Origin: the human T2T-CHM13v2.0 reference genome, Homo sapiens
Strand: one strand, 5' to 3'
DNA length: 64,000 nt
NCBI RefSeq assembly: GCF_009914755.1
Contig: NC_060937.1
Part shown: piece by piece, positions 40,214 through 53,790 of the stretch
How the letters are laid out: each line of letters begins with the position of its first letter
Position numbering within the stretch: position 1 is the first letter of the stretch
The notes under the pieces: generated by a model
Seen by the model: the letters and a program-made list of their open reading frames with translations, nothing else
What the model was told of the DNA's origin: nothing
The model's database searches: none
Program-made: the position numbers and the translations under genes

Positions 40214-40382
40214 ACTTTAACTTGCAAGAACTATGGGTCCACCTATTTAGGCATTATCGATGAGAACTTCTAAAGGAACAGCCTTTGAGTGTACAGTACT
40301 ATGGCACACACCCCTAAGGAACCCTCTATGAGTAATGGGTTTGTATAATTCCTTTTTCTTCAGTGGAACCTAGGACTTGCCT
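40214..40382. repeat. Copy 2 of the ~169-bp dispersed duplication
   Basis: Matches 38425-38593, including the flank/LTR junction. Confidence 0.95.
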
Positions 40383-43300
40383 GATATTCCAGAGAGTGTG
40401 AAGAGGGATATTTAAAAATAAAAATGAAAAAGTGTTGCCCCCATAGTATGTAACAAATGCCTCTCAGGTGTGACAGATGTGAGTTATACTGTGAAGGTGA
40501 TATTGATGAGTCTGGGTAGGTGTGCAACTGCTTATGGCATAAGGCAGGTACACAGTAAGACCAGTAAGACTAAATGAGAATTACTGGGTATGGAGCTTGG
40601 GGATCCAATAAGCCTCCCAAGTGATTCCTGTGTACACTGAAATTTAAGAAAATTATTACATGGTGCCAAAATTTTGTTGTTGATCATGATGATCATTGGA
40701 AGACAAAATACCAAAAATTTTATCCAACGTATTATGTCTTTAAGAGAATGTTATAATTTTAAAAGAGAAATTATATACTCCTTAAAATCATTTTCATTAA
40801 TCAAAATTACTTATGGCTAGAATTCCTCTGCCTTTATAATGCTCTTGCACTTCTAAGTCTAAAGCCTTTAAAATGGTCAGTAATTATTATACTTCAAATT
40901 AATGAAGAACCATTGACCCCATGAAATCAAGTTCTGAAATTGACCAACAAGTAATGAATTGTTAACGAGGATGTATTATTCACATCTGCAGTAATTATTT
41001 TGCACCAATATTCTAGATTTAAGTGATCTTGGAAAATATCATACATGTGATACTCCTGATCTCAAAGAACAACTTAGTAATGTATAATTATTTTTATTTT
41101 TCTGCAATAACTGAGAATGAAGTGCATATTTAAATAAATATTTATATAGTATTTGTTTATTCAATGTGAATTTCATCATATAAAGTTAATGCCCTAAATT
41201 TAATATCTTTTGCATTATTGTGGCAATTGTGATAGTTAACACATCTGTAAACACAAACACATGTTCTGTGTTTCCATTTGATGACCTATAAATGAAGACA
41301 CATTCTAAAGTGAGACAAAATAACTATATCCTAAATATTCTATCCTAAACGTCCCCATATTCTTGCATTGTATGAAGAAGTGTGTTGGCTGGTGTATGCT
41401 AATTTAATAGTTAGATATAATTTGGTTGCTTGATGGAAGATAAAGGGAAACTTGCAGTTTGAAAGCAGTCAGAATGTTAACATCTGTTAAAAATTTGCTA
41501 AGTTTCATCACTGAAATTGCCATGACTTAGTACTTTAGAGGGAATAATTATCTCCCTTGGAAAAAACTAATCACTTTAGAAGTGCATAAACACTTCTAAG
41601 TCACAAAGGTGCTGTTTCATGAATGACATCAAATTATTATTATTTTTTTTGGTTAGGAATCAGTTTTAGGAGCTAATTTATTTCCTAAAGTCTCTCATTT
41701 CTTCTTTAATGTCATTTGTGTAGTGAGAGATATTAACAAGCTACTCTACAAATGATGAGAAATATAAAAACAAATTAATTGTATCTATTAATAACCGTAT
41801 CTGTTAATATTATGAAATTTCCATATTTCTCCCCCTAGCTGTTGTCAACATCACATCTATTTATTGTCTGAATTTCAATTTCTTTGTTATCCCTCATATA
41901 TGAAAGTTTAACCTTGAACCTGAAATGACCACTAAATATACTGCCTTAAAAACTGGAATACACATGGGTGTGGTATGTGTGTACCCTCACTTATTCCAAC
42001 TTAGATGCCTTCCATTCCTTCTATCCACCTTTGCTCCTGAGGTCCCAGGCTAGGGGAATTTGGGTTGTACTAATAAGCACTTTAATATTGGCCACCAGAG
42101 GGCTCCCATATTCCTTCCATCTAAGTATGAAAATACAAAGTGCAACTAACATAAAGTTCACCATCAAATAGAAAATATTATAGGAATTTATGATATAGTT
42201 CTCTCTAGAGTGAAAGTGTTCCAAACCCATTGTGTTCTTATATAAAATACTTACAATGAACCAATTTGGGATACTCAACACTTTCATTAAAATAAAGTTA
42301 TGAAATTATGTTTGGTTTTGTCTTTGTTTTGGGAGGTTATGATAAGACTTATAATACTTAATTGGTGATTCCACATTTTAAATATTAATGTTAGTAAATC
42401 TGGATGTAAATCCATTATTTACATATGAATGATGTAAAATACAACTGATTCTAGTCATAGGAGTACAATTTTTTATCACAAGCTAGCTATATAAATAATC
42501 CTCTATTAAAACCCCGGGTATTTTTTTTTTTAGCCCAGCATTTTGATGGTACACAAAACTTTAGACAACAAGATGGTAGGGTTTCTTTAAGTGTGTGTTG
42601 GTAGTAAGAAATAGTTCCATTGGAGAAAAACAAAGAATTGCTTCGTTGGTGAGTCTTTCCACTAGTTCTTGTTGGGTTGTGTTAGCCGAGAACCATTTGC
42701 AGTTACTGAGACATGCTGGGATACCTCTCAGGGTTTTAGAAGCAGCAAAGGTATCTGCCATTTTTTTTTCTTTTTCTTTCATTGATGGTAATTTGTTTGG
42801 TTTTGTACTGACCAGGTGCTGACCAAAGTATTTATGTATGCAGACATATTTCTGCTGTGCAGTAGAGGGTAGGGTTAGCCAATAGTGAAACTGTTGTAAT
42901 TGACAGCGGAACAGACTTTGAAGTTTCTTTAGGAACTCTTTGAATCTAGGTGAAACATTTCATATGAGTCATCAGATTGATCTTCTCTGCGATGTACTTT
43001 AAAAATTACAATTCATTTATCATCAGTAACCGAAAATGGCATTTAACCATTCTACCTTTTTCGATTGCTTTTCTTCTAGAACACATTACTTATATTTCTG
43101 CACTTAAATGTGCATCAAAGAGGATAGCAACATGGAAGGCCTGATTAACTAACTCAATTATACACCCACACCTAGATGCTGTCTTTTTGACTGTGAGACT
43201 GCAATGTTGTGTTGCAGAAGAAAATAAAACAATCTGTTCCCCTTTTTTTATCCATTATGTTATTCTGGTCTGAGAATTATTGATTGTACTTTTTCTTTAG

Positions 43301-44571
43301 AAAAAGAGAATAAAAATGAGCTAATTTTGGTGCACCTTGTATTTATTGAAATAGTTTTAAAGCAGTGTTTTGAATTATGTTTTGATATGTGTTTTTAAAA
43401 CGGTTTTTCTGAAAGCAGGCTTTCTTTGTTTAAATCCTCCTCTGTCCCATCCTTTGCTTTCTTTTCATGAGACAATTGTGATTAAAAAGCACTCTAATCT
43501 CTAGGGTTAGATTATCATGTCTAAATGAAATGCGGTTATAAAACTATCTTTGTATACAATCTATTTTGGAAATTTGAATAGTTTTATTCAGAATCACATA
43601 GTAACAAATCCAGTCCAGTTTGTCCTGATGATTCAGTGGGATTTTGATCTGATAATGTTCACCAGGCATTTGCATTCAATTTCTGCTCAAGGAAATCCAC
43701 AATATCGCAACTAGTAATTGACTGCATTTTAAAAATATGCACAAGCAAAAGAAAAGGTAGAAAAAATGCAACAACCAATTTTGATAGTGACTGGATATTA
43801 TCATAGCCCAAAAGCTAACTGTATTATGTTCCTCTTAGAAGTCTTTGAATTAACAAGCAAGGCAAATTTTCAGGGTTAGATAGATTTTATTCAGGAACAT
43901 CTTTGTTAATTATCATATTATTTCTAAGTTTATACTGTCTAGGAATAAAAAATACCTGGAAATGTTTTAATTAGTATGTTCACACACTTCCATGTAAACT
44001 GATTTGGGTTCCTAAGTTTCCTGAATAATTGCTCTAATTTTGAAATTCAGCATTCTTAGATACCACTCCAATTGTATGTATTTACCACTTAGAGAGAAAG
44101 TTTATTCCTATCTAGCTTGTGTGAAATCAAATTGGCAGAGAATGAACTTTGGCTTAAAAGCTTCTCCTGACATTTATTTGCAAAGGTTTCTATGGCTAAT
44201 ATTCTTGCACTCAAGGTGACATTAAGCTTCCTTGGTCACTAGGGAGAAATGTGGCTTTTCTCTTCACTGATTCTGGGTATGAGAAGAAAAGAATGACTTG
44301 AGGATATGCCAACCTCACCTTGCTTCTGTCTGCCCCTAGCTATATTTTATATTTACATTTCAGGCAAGAGACCAAAAAACTGAATTCCCAACACAGAGAG
44401 ACAGTGGCGAGCGAGAGGACCTGCATCACCCAGCTCTTAAATCCTACATCAGTACCTATGCCTAAAGCCACCAATGATATCCAGAGACCTTCCTATCTGA
44501 AGCTATTGATGTTTATTTTTTTCAAGACTTTAAGACCTCTCAAAAAATAAAATATAAAATTTAACTTAGAA

Positions 44572-44764
44572 TACTGGTGCTTAATTGTGACTGCACGTTA
44601 CGCTCATCTAGGGGTGCTCTTTAATTCCTAATACTCAGGTTGCATCACTGACCAATTAATCAGAATGACTGGGATTCAACCAGACCTCAGTAGTTTTGTA
44701 AGCTCTCTCTCATGACTGTGACTACACTATGGGTTGAGAAGCACTCAAAGTTTGAGAACCACTG
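44572..44764. mobile_element. MER5A/B hAT MITE
   Basis: ctgcacgttacgctcatctagggg...gaccaattaatcagaat...tttgagaaccactg terminus. Confidence 0.75.
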
Positions 44765-45934
44765 TCTTGTAAACCAGGACCACTAAATGATATCATAATC
44801 CTACATCCTGACATATGTAAAGGATAAGGATCTTAGACTGCAAATCCAGATGTTCAAGAAATACAGGTTGATTATGAGTTGTGTGGTCCAAATTCTGTAA
44901 TTCAGCCAGTGTGGTGGAGGGTTAATCTTGGCCAATTCAGGGTTCTTCCTTTCCATAAGAATGCAAGTGAATTACAATGGGTTCAGAGAGTGCTACATTA
45001 TTTGGGGGTAGGGCTGGAGAGGACTCTGTCCTCGGTGGCTACTTACCTGTGCCAGCCTTGCTGAAATGTGCACCAAGGCATCTGTCCACAGTGGATCAGT
45101 GGTGGCTCAAGTCCCCACAGCACTGCCCCTTCACCCCACCAATAGGCCATTTTCTTTCCCCCATGCCATGTTATGGCATGACGTGAGCTGGTGTGTACCT
45201 GCCGTGAAGTGTCCCTCAAAATTTTTTCCTCTTCGGTCTTCTCCACACTTGAGAAAATGACTACATGTTTGTTGTTTCTCAGAGATTTGACCTCAGATGA
45301 AAATGTTAAGAAAGGAACCAATCATTAAACTGAGACTCCTGGTCAGTACAACCGATGTTTCCTCTTCTTTTTAAAGCAAAAGCTTGTAAATTCCTTTTTT
45401 CAATTATAAGGAACCATAAAATCATGCATTTTTGTCCTGAAGGAACTTTTTTAGTATGCAATAATTTGATTAAAAATAATCACTAAAAAGTATATTACCA
45501 TCAATCGTTATGTTAAGATACATAATACATGAAGTGTTCATATACATACATTGTTATGTTGCTGGATAAATCTAATTCATCTCTGTTTTCCCAAGGTACT
45601 TTTGTCATCTGTCCAAACAGTTAAGAGTCACGTTTAAAATGGTATCAACTGATACCTACTCCAGAGTATTTATCTTAATCTAATCAGTGTTATTGCTCCT
45701 GTCATTCAGAATCTTCTTAATTATTGATTTGGATTAATTACCTGGTGAACATTTAAAGCCAATTCAAGGGGAGAAAAAGAACAGTATATTGATTAGCACC
45801 ATTACTGAGGATATCATTTCAGTTTGTCTTAGACAGGGATCCCCCAGGTATGTATAATATTGGCCTTGAGAAAATGTAATTCTGCCATACAAAGTCTAAT
45901 TCAAATATAATGGCATTTATGTTTTTATCAATGT

Positions 45935-46140
45935 AACAATAATTTACATTAATTACATTCTTACTATGTGTTGGAGACCATATTAGTACATTGTAAACAC
46001 TGTCTTGCTTAATCCAATAATCTCATGGGGATATTTACTATTTTATCTCCACTTTACAGTTGAGGAAACAGCTCAAATCACTTTTCCAATTACTCAGCTA
46101 GTTACCACAGTTAGGACTTGCACTATGTTTTTAGCTATTA
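45935..46140 (-). mobile_element. MIR SINE
   Basis: ttactatgtgttggagacc...ttatctccactttacagttgaggaaacagctca. Confidence 0.7.
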
Positions 46141-46441
46141 TACTTAGACATACAAGTTGAAGGCAGTTCTTGATGTTTTAAAGTAATTGTTGTAAAGACA
46201 GATACATGCACACCCACATGCAGAAAATACTCCTTTTTCTAATAGATACTAAACTTTAAAAATAAAGTCAGTGGTACGCATTAAAAATACGTATGTTCAA
46301 ATCCGTAATGGAATATCAAGGGGAGCCTGGAAATATTTTGAAAATAAACCTTTTTGGGGGTGATGTGAGAGACAGTACCCGGGCCTCTGCAAAAATGTTT
46401 TTGATATGAGAATACTGCACTAAGGGCACCATAGTCTACCC

Positions 46442-46633
46442 CAGGGCTGCCTGATACAGCTATATGCAGTGATGAAAATGTTCTTCATTTGCAATGCCCA
46501 GTATGGTTGTCTATTGAGCACTTGAAATAAGCGTAGTGCAAATTAAAAACTGAATTTTTAATTTTTAAAATCTTAATTAGGTTAAATCTAAGTAGTCATA
46601 TGTGGCTATTGGCTACGGTACTGCCAAGTGCAG
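46442..46633. mobile_element. MER3-like hAT MITE
   Basis: gcagtgatgaaaatgttct...ctattgagcacttgaaat...aactgaatttttaattt...catatgtggctattggctac. Confidence 0.8.
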
Positions 46634-46654
46634 GCTAATCTGCACTTACTCTGC

Positions 46655-46745
46655 TTCTTTCTCTCTCTCCCTTTACTCCCACCACTCCTTCCTTCCTGCC
46701 TGTCTGCCTGCCTGCCTGCCTGTCTTCCCTTCTTCCTGCTTTCCA
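46655..46745. repeat. Pyrimidine-rich low-complexity tract with (CCTG)n
   Basis: ccttccttcctgcctgtctgcctgcctgcctgcctg is directly visible. Confidence 0.85.
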
Positions 46746-48389
46746 ATAAAGAGAATAAATATAAAGTTTGGATCAGACAAATAAAATTCGCTTTTTAATA
46801 ATCTGAGTAAATGCATGCGTTTTTCCTTCTTAAATGCAAACAGTAAATAACAACACCTACTTATATCATTATTTTTAGGACTAATGAGACAATAACAGAT
46901 CCTGATTATGGTAATTTTTTAGAGCTAATTAGATAATATATGTAAAGCATCAAGTAGACTTCCTGCTATAAATGATGATCCATTGGTGATGATAATGATT
47001 ATGATGATGGTGATACTGACACTAATGCTGTATTCATTTAGCAAATGGGATAGAAGGAGGTCCCCATTTCTACATCAGTGTCTCATGTGGTAAAAAGATT
47101 CAGATATTTACTCATTGATGTAGTAATATATTTCCTGTCAATAAAGCCATGTGTGTATATAGTGATTTATTAGTATGGGGTAACTGCTCATGTTTGAGCA
47201 TGTCGACATGCTTTTTGAGTTTAGGGTTGAAATATTAGCCTTGTGTTACTAGTAATAAAACGAAAATCCAGTGAGAGGGATTTGCTGCAGATCACATAGA
47301 ATTTGTACTCAAGTTCCTGTCTTCTTTTCCATCTACTTCTCTTTCTGTGTTATCATAGTTCCCATAAAAAAATAATATGAAAGACTCTAAGATTCAATGA
47401 AAAACATAAATTTTGTGGGATTTCTTCATAACTTTTTGACACAAAATAAATAAGATGTTAGAATCAGTGGTTGAGTACGATCAAAACTCCAGATGAAATT
47501 ATTTTTTGCATCTCTTTTTTTAACCAATTATTAGCAGTGCTTTTTAGAGAGCAGCATTTATTTTGTTTAACCTTGCAATGAGAGAGTTTCAGGCCCAGTT
47601 TTTTAAATGAGTGTGATAGTAGCCAATGATAGAGAAAAATCCAGTATTCCTAGGGAATAAAAATTGAAGAAGTAATCATCTGGCCTTGGAAGTATGTATC
47701 AGCATGGCCAAGTCATGTATCAGCTTCCATCTTTCACTGTTGCCATAGTTCCATGGAGGTGATGGAATCCAATCATGTTCTTTTAAAGGATAACCACTGC
47801 TCTGTTCAGGGCACCCTGCTCACTCCGTGGGGAATGCTGGAAGGATGTGGGACCCTGCAAGGCTGCCTCGCTGGAACCAAGGGATTTAGCAAATGCTAGG
47901 AAAGAAAAGCAAGTTTAAGCTGGGAATGCAAGTCATTTGCTGAGACGGCAAAACAAGAAGAGAGAAGCCAGAGGATTGCTGGCCATCACAAAGCCAAGGG
48001 GCCTAAAGGAGGTGGAAATGCAGCATACTAGAGGCCAGATGTGCTTCCACTCAAACCCATTGGTGGCAAGGGCCTGAGAAGGAAGTGGTAATGAGTCACA
48101 AGCAGGATGATACAGTATTAACCCACATCCTTTAGAAGGCTTGAACATCGTCCTTTTGTAGCTGATTCCTGTCTTAGATCAGAATGCCGACTGAGAGACA
48201 GGATTTTGACAGAAATAAAATAATAAAGGGTTACCAAGTGAAAGAGTGATAAAAAGTGCTGGAATGGAAAACTATGTAGTACATTTACAAACTCTGGGTC
48301 GATTCGAAAGAACAGAACTTTGCTAATGTAAGAGCTGTGTTTGGGGCATAGATTCTGAGATAATATTGGAAAGTTATTCCTCATCCTTT

Positions 48390-48890
48390 TATTCACTCAT
48401 TATTTCACTTCTTCATTCATTTCCAAGCATTTTTCTAGAAGCAAGGGACATAGCAACAGATACAACTGACGAAAATCTCTGCTTACATGCATCTTTCATT
48501 GTAATATGGGAAACAGACAATAAGTGAGAAAATAAGTAAAAAATAAAGTAGGTTAGATGGTGATAAATACTACAGAAAAATTACATGGGAGGGAGGATCA
48601 GGGATTTTTGGGCCGATGAGAAGCAATTTTAAATTGGGTTGCCAGGGAAGGCCTGCAAATCCAAAGGACCTCACTTTTGTATCCAGGGAACAAGACAGAG
48701 ACCAGTGTGCCTGGATCTGGACCGAAGGGAATGAGAAGGGAGGGTGGGAGGAGATGACGTCAGAGGAGTGATGGGTGGGGACACAAGATGCCATGGAGTC
48801 TCATTGAACCAGCTCGAAGACCTGGACAGAAGAGGATTGCTTCTCCATCCTGGCAGCATGGAGAAGGCCTTGTTCCCTGTGTGATTCCCA
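48390..48890 (-). mobile_element. L2a-like fragment
   Basis: ttcattcattt...gggaaacagacaataag...gatggtgataaatactacagaaaa...ccagggaaggcct...gagatga.gtcagag. Confidence 0.8.
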
Positions 48891-49039
48891 CAGGAGTGCC
48901 GAAGAGCATCCTGCCCCTTTCCTGATGTATCCATTTACAATCCGCACAAGTAAAATTGCAACAGCTGTCCCTCTGGACTAGTTCTTTTCCTTTCTTTCTT
49001 TTTCCTTACCTTTCCTTTTCTTGCTTTTTTTTTTCTTTT

Positions 49040-49438
49040 TGTCTTCAGCAACAGAAATTCATTTTCTCATAGTCCTGGAGGCTCAGGTTCAAGATCAAGA
49101 TGCTGTTAGGATTGGCTCTAGGTGAGGCATCTCCCCTTGGCTAACAGACACCACCTTCTGCTGTGACGGCAACATGGTCTTTATGCTCACGGTGGGAGAG
49201 AAAGAGAGAGGGAGGAAGAGGGAGAGAGAGAAGAGAGCAAAGAGAAGAGAAAGAGATTGAGTGCTCTGGTGTCTTCCTATTCTTATAAAAACACCAGCTC
49301 TATGAGATCAGGGCCCCATCCTTATGATGTCATTTAACTTTAATTATCTCCTAAAAGGCCTTGTCTCTACTTACAGTCACATGGGAAGTGAAGACTTCAA
49401 CATACGAATGTTGGGGGGACACAATTTGGCTCATAATA
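49040..49438 (-). mobile_element. MLT1A-family LTR with an internal GA-rich tract
   Basis: caacagaaattcattttctcatagtcctggaggc...ttcaagatcaag...gggccccatccttatga...cttcaacatacgaat.ttggggggacaca. Confidence 0.88.
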
Positions 49439-51526
49439 GTATATGAACTAAAGATGTAGCATTAAAAAATGTCTATATTATACTAATAAAGACCTTACAG
49501 ACTAGTTACTTTGCATCCACAAAGCTACACTACAAGAAGGAGAAGAAGAAAGATACTCTTACTATTCCCTCCCTCCATTGGGCCAGCCCTGGAGGTTATG
49601 ATTTCTGTTATTCTTAACACATGTCATAGAGAAATTTGAGTTCAGCTGTGAAGAGCCATTTAAGCCTTTTGAGAAGAAATATACCTTGATCAGAACCGTG
49701 ATTTAGGAAGATAAACATGAACTGCTTTGTGGGAGGTAGGAAGATTAGGAGAAGGGAGACTTATCAAGTAGATTTTAGAGTACTCTAAGAAAAATTCGAT
49801 GTGGCTATTATGTGGGACATTGACAGAAGTTTCCTCAGTCAGTACATATTTACTGAGTGTCTACAATGTGCCTGTATCTACTGTAACACATTTATACAGT
49901 TCTAGGTGCCAGGAACAAGTCAGGGCTCTTTGTTATTTGCCTTTGATAAAAATGATGACAAGTCAGATTTGAGGAGCTTTAAACCCAGACACAAGAAGAC
50001 ATTGTTTTGATCCAGGCAGACAAGTGACAAAGAGCAAGCGCAGAGAGTAGGAATGGAATAAAGTCTTGGAGTTAGGACAATGAAGCAATATCTACAAAGG
50101 ACAAGCCGTTGGTTACATCGCTGCAGGCAAAATAATGCCAAATGGACAGACATCTCAAAATGCATTCCTCTCTCGTCCAAAGATTTCACCTCAGATCGCT
50201 CAGAGATGTTTTTTCTTTTATGCAAGTTAAAAATGCAGACAAATGGAAATAATGCTGCTTTATGAAAATTCAATCTTTAGCTACCTTTATTAGCACATAT
50301 CTGTTCTATGAAACAAATGTTATTTGTCCATCCTAGCTCCATTTGTCCTTGAAATAAATATTTGGCCCTAGCTCCTGGATTTCTTAGGAAATTCAATTTA
50401 TTGCTGGACATGTTTCAGTAATCTGTGAATGACCCCAAATTACCTGTTCATAAGAGAAGGCCAGGCCTGGATGACAAACACAGAAGGCTTTTCATTTTTC
50501 CCATGACTTCCTTTTTTGGCAAACCATCCTCTTTGTGAGAGTCCGCCTCCAAGTTGGATTAGAAGATGTCCTGGAGCGTGCAGTTCACCACCCACTATAT
50601 TGTAAGCTGAAAGTGTTTTTGCTAACTGAATGTCAAATTAATGCGGTTTTGCTATCTACATGGCATGTTTTGACAAAAATACTGTGTACCTTTATTGACA
50701 GTGAACCTTCTGCTCTGGAGTAATGCTAATCCAAGACTGCTGGTTTTTCATGTTAAAACCCATAAACTTGTTATTAGAGCAGATGACTTCCAAAACGTCA
50801 AAACTAAAGATGTTGCTTATTCACTAGAGGAGTTTATGTTGTTCACATTTAAGATGATTTATTTTTATTCACTTGACAACACTTCGAACTTCAAATGGAT
50901 GCACACAAGCCAATTCTTGGAGGGTTGTGACTGCAGAAAAAAAATTAAATCTTGTGCTCATGTGTTGCTCCATCATAGTAATCCTCAGTTTTGTCCCAGA
51001 AGTAGCATGTGTCACTTCCAGTGATTCAGGACCAGCTGGTAGAAAGGACGGACATTTCATGCTGCCATGAGCAACTGCCGTGTGGTCCAGGATGACTTTT
51101 CCAAAAGCTTCACTCACTGCTCCTCAGACCACGTCTGTTTTTGTAGAGGCAAAATGAGATGGCTGAGAGAATTGTGGACTCTGGCCAAATGAGTAGTCAT
51201 TCCCTGGCTGTAAGTGGGTGAAAGAGAGGTGACAGAACCATTTTTACTGCAGTGCAGTGTGATTAATCTGTGTCTTCTTAATGAGATTAAGGGGAAAAAC
51301 AAACTTTTTTTTTAATTTTTTTTTTTTTTTAACTAGCTCTCCTCTATACTGCAAGTTAAACAACTTATTCTGGCAGAAGGTTGAAAGAAGGGAACAATTG
51401 CTCCTTTGCTAGAAATTCTCTTCATTAGGAGCATAGCCTTTCAAAAAACAATGCCACTCATGATATGCTTCAGATTCTATATAATCATCTCATGTTGCAC
51501 TTCTTCTAATTTATTTTATAAAAGAA

Positions 51527-52060
51527 GTTCTTTTTTGGTGAGAGATAGATTGTAAAACTCAATGTATTCTTATTCTTTTTTTTTTGCAATTATTCCTGAA
51601 TACAAAACTTAAAAAATGACACCAGGGCTTTATATCTAGAGTAGACTGTGAAAAAAATGAATACACATTTATTTGGGAAAGATATTGGTGGTCATTATGC
51701 CAATTGACATATAGTTGTCATCACTGATGTAATTTTGCATTTGTTTGTGTAATTATTTAATTAACATCTGTTTCTCCTACTGTAGTATCAGGTTCTTTTT
51801 TAGTGAGAGATAGATTGTAAAACTCAATGTATTCTTATTCTTTTTTTTTTTTTTGCAAATATTCCTGAATACCAAAATTAAAAAATGACACTAGGGCTTT
51901 ATATCTAGGGTAGACTATGAAAAAAATGAATACACATTTATTTGGGAAAGATATTGGTGGTCATTACGCCAACTGACGTATAGCTGTCATCACTGATGTA
52001 ATTTTGCATTTGTTTGTGTAATTATTTAATTAACATCTGTTTCTCCTACTGTAGTATCAG
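51527..52060. repeat. Tandem duplication, ~265-bp unit
   Basis: Copy 1 is 51527-51791 and copy 2 is 51792-52060. They differ by about 11 substitutions plus poly-T length. Confidence 0.98.
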
Positions 52061-52180
52061 GTATATGTAGAGGTAATCACAGATGCATCGGCTCAACACT
52101 GCTTTTGGAGGGCTGCACACAACCTTGGCACATGGTTGGCACTCCATTTGTATGTTTGTTGGTGAAAGGATGAATGAATA
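51985..52180 (+). mobile_element. L2 3'-end relic (its first ~70 bp also present in duplication copy 1)
   Basis: catctgtttctcctact...cttggcacatggttggcactccat...tttgttggtgaaaggatgaatgaa. Confidence 0.65.
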
Positions 52181-53331
52181 CCTATAATTGAAATTTTATG
52201 CAATTTATTTTTTATTTTTGTAGTGCTCGTCCAAGCTTTTTTGAGCACCTCTAGCTATAGAGAAAAAGTTTTCTTCATAAGGGTGCTCAATGTGTTTTCA
52301 GAAGTTTTGGATATTACAAAGTTTTTTCTTTTATTGAACTGATATATGTTCATATATAGACTTTACCATTTAAAAATAAAATAATTGTATGGAAAAATGA
52401 CTGATATTAAGGGACAACCTTCTTTATGTAATTTATGTCCTGATTAATGGACTTTTCTTGTTTGGGATTCATTCCTTTTCATTCAAGCATTGTTCACAAA
52501 ACTGGATTAGTTGTTAATTACAAATGGCCTAAACTATTTTAAGAAAGAATTTTATTATGGAAAAATAAGAGTACTATAAAAAAAGTCAGTTGGGGTCACC
52601 TTGTCTATTGCAACTAAAATAGAATTGACTCAGAGCTACATTTTCGTCACCTCCTTTTCCTACCTCTTTCTTGGCCCCCTTATTCTGGCCTTAGATTACT
52701 CTGCAGAAACACAGGCACCTTGTTTTTTTTTTTTTATGTGGAAAAAATTAGGTTTCTTTTTCTTATTCTTCCACTATTCCAGATGAATTCCGTGTCTATT
52801 TTCTAATAAATGTTAACTATTTTGAAGAGAAATGCATTACTCCCATAGAAAGAACAAATACTTGCAATCAGTGATGTTTTACACTTACTATTTCTATTTT
52901 AATTTGTATTTATTATAAAAATAGGGGATATGTGCACACTTGAAAACATTCTCGTTGTGTAACATTAGAGTATTACAGTTAAAACTGAAGCCCTCTTTAA
53001 GCAGTAATACCTCTATTATTAAGCATTTAAATATATATGCATATATACATATATCATTGTTTTTATGGGTTTTGATATGTGGTACCTCAAGACTCTCTTC
53101 TCTCTATTTTTCCAAATCAATATCAGTGAATCATAAATTTTGCATTTTCATATATGTTCATATATATTTCTGATATATGTTGTTTGTTTTTACTTTTGAA
53201 AAATAACAACCCTATTTTGATTACTTCACATCAAGAAGTCTGTTTCACTCTTACCTTTAGATTGTTCTGCCTTCAAATACAAACATTTTACTTGAAACTG
53301 TGGCAGTAAGAACTCTGGAGCCAAAGGCTAG

Positions 53332-53336
<5 letters not shown>

Positions 53337-53362
<26 letters not shown>

Positions 53363-53790
53363 TTTTTTTTTAAATACTTTAAGTTCTGGGATACATATGC
53401 AGAACGTGCAAGTTTGTTACATAGGTATACACATGTCGTGGTGGTTTGCTGCACCCATCAATCCGTCATCTACATTAGGTATTTCTTCTAATGCTATCCC
53501 TTCCCTAGCCCCCCACCCCCTGACAGGCCCCGGTGTGTGATGTTCTCCTCCCCATGTCCATGTATTCTCATTGTTCAACTCCCACTTATGTTTATTGCAG
53601 CACTATTCACAATAGCAAAGACTTGGAGTCAACCCAAATGCCCATCAGTGATAGACTGGATAAAGAAAATGTGGCACAGATACACCATAGAATAGTATGC
53701 AGCCATAAAAAAGGATGAGTTCATGTCCTTTTCAGGGACATGGATGAAGCTGGAAACCATTATTCTCAGCAAACTAACACAGGAATAGAA
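53337..53790 (-). mobile_element. L1PA7-like 3' fragment with a 5' inversion and perfect 18-bp TSD
   Basis: (CTT)n/T tail, antisense 3'UTR to 53590, sense ORF2-end segment 53587-53790. TSD agccaaaggctagtttct at 53319-53336 and 53791-53808. Confidence 0.97.

Noticed and set aside
42520-42655. Acceptor (T11-ag) and donor (TTG|gtgagt) pair
   Set aside because: There is a competing internal donor and no recognisable peptide. Isolated splice-like signals are common.
50985-51216. Possible exon ending GCT|gtaagt
   Set aside because: Stops in all three frames and no independent support.
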